Origin: an uncultured archaeon
GTDB taxonomy: Archaea; Micrarchaeota; Micrarchaeia; Micrarchaeales; CABMGC01
Assembly: GCA_963704435.1 (NCBI GenBank)
Contig: OY969902.1
Coordinates: forward strand, 750,001 to 782,000
Direction of reading: 5' to 3'
DNA length: 32,000 nt
A model generated the notes under the pieces. It had not been told where the DNA came from. It did no database searches and saw only the letters and a program-made list of their open reading frames with translations. The translations under genes and the position numbers were made by a program. How positions within the stretch are numbered: the stretch's first letter is position 1; every line of letters begins with the position of its first letter. Positions 1 through 7,758 of the stretch are shown piece by piece.

Positions 1-985
1 GGGCACGTTCTCTATAAGTTCGCTTCCGGTAGGCGCGGCGCTGAACGTGTCGATAAACTACCAGACGTCCCAGTCCGTGAAGAACGGGACCTACTCGCTC
101 CCCATCTCGGTCTCGTACCAGTCGGGCATAGGGACCCAGTACTCGAAGACGATAAACCTGACTGAGAGCATCGCGATAGTCAGCCCGCAGGTCAGGCTCA
201 GCTTCGCCAATCCTATGCCGCAGGCGCTCTTCGCAGGATACAACCAGACCGTCCAGCTGCAGATACAGAACGTGGGCAACGGCGTGGCCAGGAATGTCAG
301 CGTGTCGCTGGTAGCGGGACAGGGCACAAACCTGCTCGGCTCCGTGGACAGCTTCTTCATAAGCACGCTGCAGCCGGGCCAGACCATAAGCGAGCCGGTA
401 CTGCTGTCAGCCAGCGGCGTGGGCAGCGCTACGGTCAACGCGACCGTGGCCTACTACTCAGCGGACTACAGCAAGAACTTCAACGGCGCGCAGCTGCTTA
501 GCCTTGCGCTCGCGCCGGCGGCGCAGTTCACTGTCACGGGCGAGAGGTCAAGCCTCGCGCCGGGATCGACCGACGTGCCCGTGACGTTCGTCGTGAAGAA
601 CACCGGCACCATAGCCGCGCAGGGCGTGCAGTTCAACCTGCAGAGCACATACCCGATAACTCCAGTGTCGAGCACCTACTACCTGAGCGACCTGCCCATC
701 GGCTCCAGCGCCAACGTCACCTTCCTGGTAAGCGCGGATTCGCAGGGAGTGCCAAGTTCATACCCTGTGACGATCTTCGAGCAGTGGAAGCAGCCTAACG
801 GCGCCACCAACCAGCAGTTCTCCGGGTCCGTCAACTACTTCGTGACCGTCGGCACAGGCGGAAGCAGCCTGGGCGACATCGCGGGAGCGGCTGTGATCAT
901 CGTGATAGCAGTGGGCGCGTACCTGTTCATGAAGAAAAGGAAGGCGAAGGCAAAGCCAGCGGCCGAGAAGGCGAGGGGCAAGTGA
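1..985 (+). CDS. Secreted/surface protein with CARDB/NEW3-like Ig-type repeats and C-terminal TM anchor (5' truncated by window edge)
   Basis: ORF is open in frame back to base 2 (GTFSISSLPVGAALNVSINYQT...), so the GTG at 47 is probably not the true start. Beta-rich repeats of the 'VPVTFVVKNTGTIAAQGVQF' type. C-terminal hydrophobic helix AGAAVIIVIAVGAYLFMKKRK followed by a basic tail. Confidence 0.75.
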   Translation, partial: GTFSISSLPVGAALNVSINYQTSQSVKNGTYSLPISVSYQSGIGTQYSKTINLTESIAIVSPQVRLSFANPMPQALFAGYNQTVQLQIQNVGNGVARNVSVSLVAGQGTNLLGSVDSFFISTLQPGQTISEPVLLSASGVGSATVNATVAYYSADYSKNFNGAQLLSLALAPAAQFTVTGERSSLAPGSTDVPVTFVVKNTGTIAAQGVQFNLQSTYPITPVSSTYYLSDLPIGSSANVTFLVSADSQGVPSSYPVTIFEQWKQPNGATNQQFSGSVNYFVTVGTGGSSLGDIAGAAVIIVIAVGAYLFMKKRKAKAKPAAEKARGK

Positions 986-986
986 A

Positions 987-1637
987 ATGCAATCCAAAGC
1001 TGAGAGCGCAGGAAGCGGCCCTGCCCTTATTGCGGAGAAGACCTTAGAAGCCTGCCTTGCGCTCGCGCAGCGGGCCAAGCAGGGCTGCCTGATCGTCTGC
1101 GAGACCAAGCCGATATCTAAGCAGTACTACAAGGACTCCAATAGGGATTTCTGCCACCCCGACCTGAGCCCGATCTCCATCTTCGACCCGGATGACAGGC
1201 AGGGCCTTGAGAAGCTCGCTGCGGTGGACGGCGCCCTGATACTCGACTCATCTGGTGCGATGCTACATTATGGGGCTACCCTACTCCATTCCACGAGCAT
1301 GCGCGGACACGGCAAGCGCCACGCCTTCGCGCGTGGCACGAGCATGGCGGTGAAGGGCGTAGTCTGCATTTTGCATTCGGAAGAGGACGGACACACGAGG
1401 TCGTTCAGGGACGGGTTTCTTGTCGTTGACATCGCGCCTGACGGGAAGCTGAAGAACATGACGCGCCATCGCATCGCCGCGCTCCTCTGCAACCCCCTCA
1501 CCGCCACATTGGCCGTGTCGGGCGTAGTGACCAGCATACTGTCGCTGAATCCATTGCCGGCCATCATTACGATAAGCGGCAGCACGATCTTGATCAGGCA
1601 GGGGTTCCTAGGGTTGAAGAAAACCATCGAGGGTTAG
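987..1637 (+). CDS. DAC (DisA_N-like) domain protein, putative archaeal diadenylate cyclase, with C-terminal hydrophobic segment
   Basis: DGALILDSSGAMLHYGATLL, then GHGKRHAFARGTSM...VVCILHSEEDGHTRSFRDG, matches the DAC layout (DGA motif, G-x-RH motif, SEE-G...RDG). Hydrophobic C-terminus LAVSGVVTSILSLNPLPAIITISG. Confidence 0.7.
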   Translation: MQSKAESAGSGPALIAEKTLEACLALAQRAKQGCLIVCETKPISKQYYKDSNRDFCHPDLSPISIFDPDDRQGLEKLAAVDGALILDSSGAMLHYGATLLHSTSMRGHGKRHAFARGTSMAVKGVVCILHSEEDGHTRSFRDGFLVVDIAPDGKLKNMTRHRIAALLCNPLTATLAVSGVVTSILSLNPLPAIITISGSTILIRQGFLGLKKTIEG

Positions 1638-1638
1638 C

Positions 1639-2451
1639 ATGGACAAGGCCGCAGCGAGTATCGGAATAATCGGCGGGTCTCGGTTCTATTCATTGCTCGA
1701 GAATTCAGAGCGCGCTAACGTAGACACGCAGTACGGGAAGCCCAGCGACGAGATCACAATCGGGGAGTTGGCCGGAAAGAGGGTCGCCTTCCTGCCGCGG
1801 CACGGCGCAAGGCACACGCTTGCCCCGCACAAGGTCCCGTACCGCGCGAACATAGATGCGCTGAGCGGCCTGGGCGTAGGGAGGCTCATAGCGTCGAGCA
1901 CTGTCGGGTCCCTGGTCGCGGATTACGAGCCAGGGGACTTCGTCTTCTTCGACCAGTTCGTAAACATGTCGCACGGGCGCGAAGACACCTTCTTCGATTC
2001 GGGGAAGGTCGCGCACGTTAGCACTGCCGAGCCGTACTGCCCTGAGCTCAGGAAGATCGCGGCGGAGGCCGCCGACGCGCTCGGTCTGAAGTACCACAGC
2101 AAGGGGACGGTCGTCATAGTGAACGGCCCCAGGTTCTCCACCAAGGCGGAGTCGAGATTCTTCGCCAGCCAGGGGTTCCACGCGATAAACATGACGCAGT
2201 ATCCTGAAGTCGCCCTGGCAAGGGAGAAGGAGATGTGCTACCTCGGGATAGGCATAGTGACCGATTACGACGCGGGCCTCGAGGGCAGGCCTGACATAAA
2301 GCACGTGACATTCGATGCGATTGACAGGATATTCGCGTCGAGGGTGAGCGACCTAAAGAGGCTGATCCCTGAGATAGTGTCAAGGGTCCCGGAGGAAAGA
2401 CAGTCCTGCAAGTGCGGGGAGGCGCTGAAGGGTGCCTTCACCAGCCAATAG
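1639..2451 (+). CDS. mtnP: S-methyl-5'-thioadenosine phosphorylase (MTAP/PNP family)
   Basis: IGIIGGSRFYSLL, FLPRHGARHTLAPHKVPYRANIDAL, GPRFSTKAESRFF, NMTQYPEVALAREKEMCYLGIGIVTDYDAGL. Confidence 0.92.
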   Translation: MDKAAASIGIIGGSRFYSLLENSERANVDTQYGKPSDEITIGELAGKRVAFLPRHGARHTLAPHKVPYRANIDALSGLGVGRLIASSTVGSLVADYEPGDFVFFDQFVNMSHGREDTFFDSGKVAHVSTAEPYCPELRKIAAEAADALGLKYHSKGTVVIVNGPRFSTKAESRFFASQGFHAINMTQYPEVALAREKEMCYLGIGIVTDYDAGLEGRPDIKHVTFDAIDRIFASRVSDLKRLIPEIVSRVPEERQSCKCGEALKGAFTSQ

Positions 2452-2459
2452 CGTCGCGC

Positions 2460-2951
2460 CTAGCTTTTCCTGACGAGTCCGATACGGGTCCCGACGCTTA
2501 TGTTGTTCGTCTTGGCGAAGCCTGCCTTCGCCTCTATGACGTAATTCGCGTAGGCGCTCGGCGTATAGGAGTGATCAACGCACCAGGTATAGTTCTTCCC
2601 AACGCAACTGGTGGCGTTCCTCACCAGATATACGACGCTGCCGGACCCTCTGCTGACGTTCAGCCACATCATGTCGAGGTTCGAATAGGTGTTCTCCATC
2701 CAGAAGGGATAGATGCCGAGCGACGGGAACACGAACACCATCATCGTGTTGTTCGTTATGGTAGTGTTCATTAGCCCCTTCTCCAGCTCGGAAGGGCTTG
2801 AGGCGACGAGAGATATGTTGAACTCCCTGCCGTTCGCTGAAAAGAGGTAGGTCCCATACGCGTCATCGCGCATAGTGAGCATTGTCGCGACGATCGCGAA
2901 AAGCAGGACCGCTGCGATTACCGTTAGCGCTATGACTTTCGTGGTTTTCAT
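2460..2951 (-). CDS. DUF192 family protein with N-terminal membrane anchor/signal
   Basis: N-terminal hydrophobic segment, then 'LEKGLMNTT...MMVFVFP...PFWMENTYSNLDMMWLN', typical of DUF192 (RxxGLM...FxF...FWMKNT...LDilfi). Confidence 0.85.
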   Translation of the reverse strand: MKTTKVIALTVIAAVLLFAIVATMLTMRDDAYGTYLFSANGREFNISLVASSPSELEKGLMNTTITNNTMMVFVFPSLGIYPFWMENTYSNLDMMWLNVSRGSGSVVYLVRNATSCVGKNYTWCVDHSYTPSAYANYVIEAKAGFAKTNNISVGTRIGLVRKS

Positions 2952-2961
2952 GGTATTACAT

Positions 2962-4020
2962 TAGGGACTTGACAAATTTTAAGTCTTTGCACCCAATATG
3001 ATTTCGGGGGTTTTCTCTTCTCTTTTTATCGTCGGGAAAATAAGGTCGTGAGTCTCCTGGACGGCCGATACGTCAGTGTATCGACCGCCTTGCCAGGAGT
3101 TGAAGACAATGGAAATCTATGAACTAAAGAATAAAATAATAGAAGTTTGGGCTGCGGCTAAGGTGATCGTGCAGAAGTTCGGGCATACGAGGAAGTTTGC
3201 GAAGCATCTTGTCGCCTTTGCGATAAGGCAACATGAGAATCTTACCGACGTAAGACTCGCGGAGTTCCTAGTCAGGGACCCGATAGGAAAGATCCTTGGT
3301 TACACGAGGAAGCCGCATCCGTCGACCTTCTCGAAGGTGCGGGAACGGTCGGATGCGGAGATGTTTGCGGAACTGCACAACTGGATAGTGCAGGACCGGA
3401 TGAAATCAAGGCAACTGCGACTTATCGTGCAGGACAGTACCGACGTCTTCGCATATTCGCGCAAGGACGGCGATGCGAGGTGGGGGCACAGAACTCCGTC
3501 AAGGAAAGAACAACTGATGCAAAACCTCGGCAATGGGAAAGAACTGTTCTTCGGTTATAAACCACATGTAATCGTAGAAGCCGAGACGGAAACGCCACTT
3601 GCAATTGAGGTCATACCTGCGAACACAAACGACAAGAAGATGTTCTGGCCGCTGTACGACAGAGTAAAGAAGACCTTTCAACTGCAGTATCAGTCAAAAT
3701 ACATTGCGGATGCACAGTACCACGCATCAGCGATAAGGATGCAGTTGCGCGACGATGGCCTAACTCCAGTAATCCCGAGAAGCGGCAACAAGTATCTGAA
3801 AACAGAGAACCCGAAGGATCCGGAGTATGGGAAGAGGTGGGCCGTCGAACACCTCTTTGCAAGGTTGAAGGAGCTGTTCGGGCTTGCAAAGAACAGGTTC
3901 GTTGGCATAAAGAAGGTCAGGATTCACGTGTTTTCCTGCCTCCTCGCAAACCTGATCGAATACGTGATGTGAAGGGGTTTGTATTTGACGAGGTGACTGA
4001 ATGTAAATGTCAACTCCCTA
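2962..4020 (+). mobile_element. IS5-like insertion sequence, copy 1 (1059 bp)
   Basis: Terminal inverted repeats TAGGGACTTGACAAATTTT (left) and TAGGGAGTTGACATTTACATT (reverse complement of right). Flanked by the 7-bp direct repeat ATTACAT (2955-2961 and 4021-4027). Same length and ends as copy 2. Confidence 0.93.
3076..3972 (+). CDS. DDE transposase, IS4/IS5 superfamily
   Basis: LRLIVQDSTDVFA, KYIADAQYH and RWAVEHLFARLKELFGLAKNRFVGIKKVRIHVFSCLLANLI, the IS5-type DDE signature. The true start may be the downstream ATG (MEIYELKNK, about 3109). Confidence 0.9.
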   Translation: MYRPPCQELKTMEIYELKNKIIEVWAAAKVIVQKFGHTRKFAKHLVAFAIRQHENLTDVRLAEFLVRDPIGKILGYTRKPHPSTFSKVRERSDAEMFAELHNWIVQDRMKSRQLRLIVQDSTDVFAYSRKDGDARWGHRTPSRKEQLMQNLGNGKELFFGYKPHVIVEAETETPLAIEVIPANTNDKKMFWPLYDRVKKTFQLQYQSKYIADAQYHASAIRMQLRDDGLTPVIPRSGNKYLKTENPKDPEYGKRWAVEHLFARLKELFGLAKNRFVGIKKVRIHVFSCLLANLIEYVM

Positions 4021-4082
4021 ATTACATGCCTGTCAAAAGTAATAAATTCTTATCCTGCGACAACTCCACATAGGTTTATCCC

Positions 4083-4235
4083 ATGCCGCTATCGACGCCG
4101 CAGCAATCCGCAGGTATCCTGAGCTTCTACGACGCGCCGGAGAGGGGTCTGAGGATCAGCGCGAAGCTTGTCCTGATATTCGTCGCGGCATTCACGATAA
4201 TCGTCATCTTCGTGGACCACTTCGCGGCCCTGTAA
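4083..4235 (+). CDS. Preprotein translocase subunit Sec61-beta (50 aa, not in the supplied ORF track)
   Basis: Direct translation: MPLSTPQQSAGILSFYDAPERGLRISAKLVLIFVAAFTIIVIFVDHFAAL*. Archaeal Sec61-beta layout: G(I/L)xxFYD...E..G(L/I)(R/K)ISxKxVL followed by one C-terminal TM helix. AT-rich TATA-like TAATAAATT about 45 bp upstream. Confidence 0.85.
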   Translation: MPLSTPQQSAGILSFYDAPERGLRISAKLVLIFVAAFTIIVIFVDHFAAL

Positions 4236-4243
4236 AACCTATT

Positions 4244-5161
4244 TTATTCTGCGGCTTGCAACCATAGATCCAAAGCAGTGTTGACATCACGTGCGATCAG
4301 CATGGCCAATGGCTTCAAATCTCCAACATCTCCCTTTTCTAATGTTGAATAATAGGTCTTCCTTATCTTTTTTTGCAGTACGACTGGAGGAAATCCTGCT
4401 CGCATAAGGCGAAGGTTCGTCAAAAGCCGCGCAAGCCTGCCGTTTCCATCAATGAAAGGATGCATCCAAACAAGCAAATGGTGAAGTTTCGCCGCCGATT
4501 CTATTGCCTTGCAGCCCTTGCTGGGCGAATTCAGCTCAGCGATTACGAGTTTCATCTTTTCTGGGACTTCCTTCCAGTTTGGCGGAACGTGTTTCGTTCC
4601 TGTGATATAAACCTGTTCGTGCTTGTAGAATCCTGCGTTCTTCGGATCGATTTTGTCAAATATGATTGCATGAAGGTTGAGTATGTCCATCTCGGTTATC
4701 TGGTGGTTTTTGCGTGAAATTTTTTCAAGCAGCAATATTGCCTCCTTGTGATTCGTGGCCTCAACATAGTCCTTTACCGGCTTTCCACCTATTGTAACGC
4801 CTTTCTCGAGTACGAAGTATGTCTCCCGCAGCGAAAGCCTGTTTCCCTCCATGGCATTTGAATTGTAAGTCATCTCAACTTCGAATTTCTTCCGAAGGCT
4901 CTCCACTGCCGCTTCCGGTAATGGCCGTAATGAATTAAGTCGCGATAGCTTTTCATTAAGTGCCTTGCAAAGAGGCGCCCCGAGCAACTCCGTGCTTTGT
5001 CTTGGCAGCGCTATGCCGTGCGCCTTACAATAGTCTAGCATCTCTTCCCTACTGCCGAAGTATTTCATGACCTTCTGTTTTACCTTTCCATTTATCCTCG
5101 CAGATTCCACAAGTTCATAGTAGGTGGTAACCCCCTTGGTTTTTTCCCGTATGAAGCTCAT
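4244..5161 (-). CDS. Fic/DOC family protein with an N-terminal extra domain
   Basis: Catalytic Fic motif HPFIDGNGRLAR. Candidate inhibitory helix NSNAMEGN (S/T-x-x-x-E-G/N) N-terminal to it. N-terminal YYELVESARINGKVKQKVMKYFG segment. Confidence 0.93.
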   Translation of the reverse strand: MSFIREKTKGVTTYYELVESARINGKVKQKVMKYFGSREEMLDYCKAHGIALPRQSTELLGAPLCKALNEKLSRLNSLRPLPEAAVESLRKKFEVEMTYNSNAMEGNRLSLRETYFVLEKGVTIGGKPVKDYVEATNHKEAILLLEKISRKNHQITEMDILNLHAIIFDKIDPKNAGFYKHEQVYITGTKHVPPNWKEVPEKMKLVIAELNSPSKGCKAIESAAKLHHLLVWMHPFIDGNGRLARLLTNLRLMRAGFPPVVLQKKIRKTYYSTLEKGDVGDLKPLAMLIARDVNTALDLWLQAAE

Positions 5162-5288
5162 ACATGAATGTAGTGCCTACTCATATTTAAATATTTGCAT
5201 AATCATTCCCCACTACACATGGCTGCAGTGATTACCGCGGCTTCCCTGCCCCTTGGTTTATTGCTACAGGCCGGCACTCCGCACGTTC

Positions 5289-6149
5289 TCACACGAGCGC
5301 GAAGACGTCCTTCCTCCTCTCGCTAACGTCCCCCTGCTCCGAGAGCAGGTAGAGTATCGCCCGCACGGCGTCCTCGTCGACCCCGGCGTCCTTCGCCACC
5401 GCCTCCGCGCCCTTCGGGCCGTCCTTCAGCGACTTTATCACGGCGCCGCTCTTCTCGTTGAAGAAGTCCCTGAGTATTATGTAGAACTTCTTGTTGAACG
5501 CCCTTGTGCCCAGCACCAGCCCGAGCCTCACGCTGTCCTGCAGCGCGAGCGATACGCTCGCCGCCTCAGCCTCCGTGGCCAGAACGACGAAGCCGTTCTT
5601 CTCCAGCTTCTCTATGACCTCGTTCTGCATCCCAGCTATCTTCTTGTAAGAGATGAGGTGGCGCCTCTCCTGTGCGGCCGGCTTCGCGGGCTCCGCCTTC
5701 TGCGGAGCCTCGATCTTCTTCCTCATCAGGAACCTGTCGTAGACGTCCTTCGATATGCTGTACAGGCCCTCCTTGCCGTCCTTCATAAGCTCCACGGATT
5801 TCTTGTCCAGCAGCCCCTGCAGGACCTTCTTCTCGGAGTCTCCGAGCAGCTTGGCGACGTTCGCGGTCGTCCTCTGGGCGTACCTTAGCGTGTCCATCTT
5901 CTTGAGCACGTCGATCTCGCCCTGCGACAGGTCCATCCTCCCCTGCGGCCTAGGACCTGACGCGATCCTCTCCTTCGGCTGCTGCGCTCCGACTAGCATG
6001 TCCTTTATGTCCTCCTTCTTCGCGAACAGGAATGCCTTCTCGTTGAACTTGAAGAAGTCGACCTCCTCATCCCCCTTGAGGCCGAGCTGCTTCGTAACTT
6101 CAAAGGGAAGGTACAGTATAAGCTTGTTGTTGGACTTGTAGACCTTCAA
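5289..6149 (-). CDS. DNA-binding regulator: SpoVT/AbrB-like N-terminus plus helical/winged-helix regions
   Basis: MKVYKSNNKLILYLPFEVTKQLGLKGDEEVDFFKFNEKAFLF resembles a swapped-hairpin AbrB fold. Later segment 'GAEAVAKDAGVDEDAVRAILYLLSEQGDV' is wHTH-like. Confidence 0.55.
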   Translation of the reverse strand: MKVYKSNNKLILYLPFEVTKQLGLKGDEEVDFFKFNEKAFLFAKKEDIKDMLVGAQQPKERIASGPRPQGRMDLSQGEIDVLKKMDTLRYAQRTTANVAKLLGDSEKKVLQGLLDKKSVELMKDGKEGLYSISKDVYDRFLMRKKIEAPQKAEPAKPAAQERRHLISYKKIAGMQNEVIEKLEKNGFVVLATEAEAASVSLALQDSVRLGLVLGTRAFNKKFYIILRDFFNEKSGAVIKSLKDGPKGAEAVAKDAGVDEDAVRAILYLLSEQGDVSERRKDVFALV

Positions 6150-6213
6150 GGAAATCCCCCGGCAGCATCAGTAAAGGCAGCATCTGCAAACTATTTAAGC
6201 TCCTATACGTATT

Positions 6214-7758
6214 ATGCCCATGCAAGGATTAAAAGAGTTTGCGAAATACACGAAGGAGGTGCTCAGCGCCGCGGAGATGCAGGCGGTGGAGCTCAACTCC
6301 GAGGCGCACGGCGTGTCGGGGTCGCAGCTGATGGAGAACGCGGGCCTGTCCGTGGCAGACTTCGTGAACAAGCACTTCAAGAAGGCGGAGAGCATCATCG
6401 TCCTCTGCGGCCTCGGCTGGAAGGGAGGCAGCGGATTCGCGGCATCCAGGCAGCTGGTCAAGAGCCACAAGGTCATCGTAGGGGTCGTCGGGAGCAAGGA
6501 TGAGATAAAGTTCGGACCTGCGCTGCAGTCGCTTGAGGCGATAGAGCGCAGCACCCTCGGCGACGTGATCGACGACGTCCAGTCGCATCCCGAAGCGATT
6601 TCAGGGAAGGACCTTATAATCGATGCGATAATGGGCGTCGGGTTCAAGGGCAAGATCAGCGACGACACAGCGTTACTCATAAGCGCCATAAACGACTCGA
6701 GGATTCCTGTGGTGTCGATTGACATCCCGTCCGGGCTCGACGCAGAGACCGGCGACGGCGCGATGATGGTCAAGGCGGACTTCACCATCACATTCCACAA
6801 GCAGAAGTCCTGCCTCGTCGGCCTGAAGGAGGCTGGGAAGGTCGTGGTCGAGGACATGGGCGTGCCCCTCGAGGCGGAGATATTCGCGGGTCCCGGCGAC
6901 CTTGAGCTCGCGCGCAGGCCGCGGAACCTCTACTCGAACAAGCGCGACAACGGCAGCGCGATGGTCATCGCGGGCAGCAGGGACTACCACGGAGCCCCAG
7001 TGCTAGCGTCAAGCGCGGCGCAGAGCGCCCTCGCGTCCCTCAGGGTCGGCACGGGATACGCTTACCTCTACGTTCCCGAATCGATCGAGCCCGCGGTCAG
7101 GGCCATATCCCCAAACCTTGTAGTAAAGCGACTGGGCACCGACTACCTATCCGACGGAGACCTCAAGCCCGTGCTGGACGCGATTGCGCGGACCGAATGC
7201 ATCGTAATCGGCATGGGCATAGGGAGGGAAGAAGCGGTACTCAAGGCGGCGGCGAAGATAATCGACCGCGCGGGCGAGCTTAAAAAGAAAATCGTGATAG
7301 ACGCCGATGCGCTGTACGCCGTCAAGTATGCGCACGCGCTGAACGGCAACGCCATACTCACCCCGCAGGACGCCGAGTTCACTGAGCTGACGGGAGAGTC
7401 CCTGAGCAAGACCGACCTTTCTGAGCGATTCAGGAAGGCGACTGCCGCAGCAGGAAAGCTCGGGGCCAACCTGCTGCTCAAGGGGCACGAAACCGTTGTG
7501 ACCGACGGCAAGGTGGCGAAGATAGTCAAGTCCGAGTCGGCGACGCTCGCGACGATGGGCACAGGGGACGTGCTCTCCGGCATCATAGGGGGATATGCGG
7601 CGGCGGGAGCGACGGCGTTCGAGGCGGCCGTTGCGGGCGCGTACCTCAACTCCCGGATAGGGGACCTGCTCGCGATGGAGAAGGGGAACCACATACTGGC
7701 GAGCGACATCGTGGACAAGATACCGCAACTGATAAAAGATTTCGACGAGAGTGTCTGA
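6214..7758 (+). CDS. nnr: Bifunctional NAD(P)H-hydrate epimerase / ADP-dependent (S)-NAD(P)H-hydrate dehydratase
   Basis: N-terminal YjeF_N (LMENAGLSVADFV, VSIDIPSGLDAETGD) and C-terminal carbohydrate-kinase-like half (GSRDYHGAPVLAS, LLLKGHETVV, ATMGTGDVLSGIIGGYAA). Confidence 0.92.
   Translation: MPMQGLKEFAKYTKEVLSAAEMQAVELNSEAHGVSGSQLMENAGLSVADFVNKHFKKAESIIVLCGLGWKGGSGFAASRQLVKSHKVIVGVVGSKDEIKFGPALQSLEAIERSTLGDVIDDVQSHPEAISGKDLIIDAIMGVGFKGKISDDTALLISAINDSRIPVVSIDIPSGLDAETGDGAMMVKADFTITFHKQKSCLVGLKEAGKVVVEDMGVPLEAEIFAGPGDLELARRPRNLYSNKRDNGSAMVIAGSRDYHGAPVLASSAAQSALASLRVGTGYAYLYVPESIEPAVRAISPNLVVKRLGTDYLSDGDLKPVLDAIARTECIVIGMGIGREEAVLKAAAKIIDRAGELKKKIVIDADALYAVKYAHALNGNAILTPQDAEFTELTGESLSKTDLSERFRKATAAAGKLGANLLLKGHETVVTDGKVAKIVKSESATLATMGTGDVLSGIIGGYAAAGATAFEAAVAGAYLNSRIGDLLAMEKGNHILASDIVDKIPQLIKDFDESV

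Noticed and set aside
1705-2304. 199-aa minus-strand ORF
   Set aside because: Shadow of the MTA phosphorylase gene, with no independent evidence.
3837-4073. Small ORFs MGRRTPLCKVEGAVR... and others inside both IS copies
   Set aside because: They overlap the transposase gene out of frame. They repeat in both copies only because the IS is duplicated. No programmed frameshift signal was evident, since the transposase is a single intact ORF.
4244-6149. Fic gene plus downstream AbrB-like gene considered as a toxin-antitoxin pair
   Set aside because: The Fic protein has its own inhibitory motif. The regulator is 286 aa, on the same strand but about 130 bp away, and more like an independent regulator. 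No evidence of a paired system.
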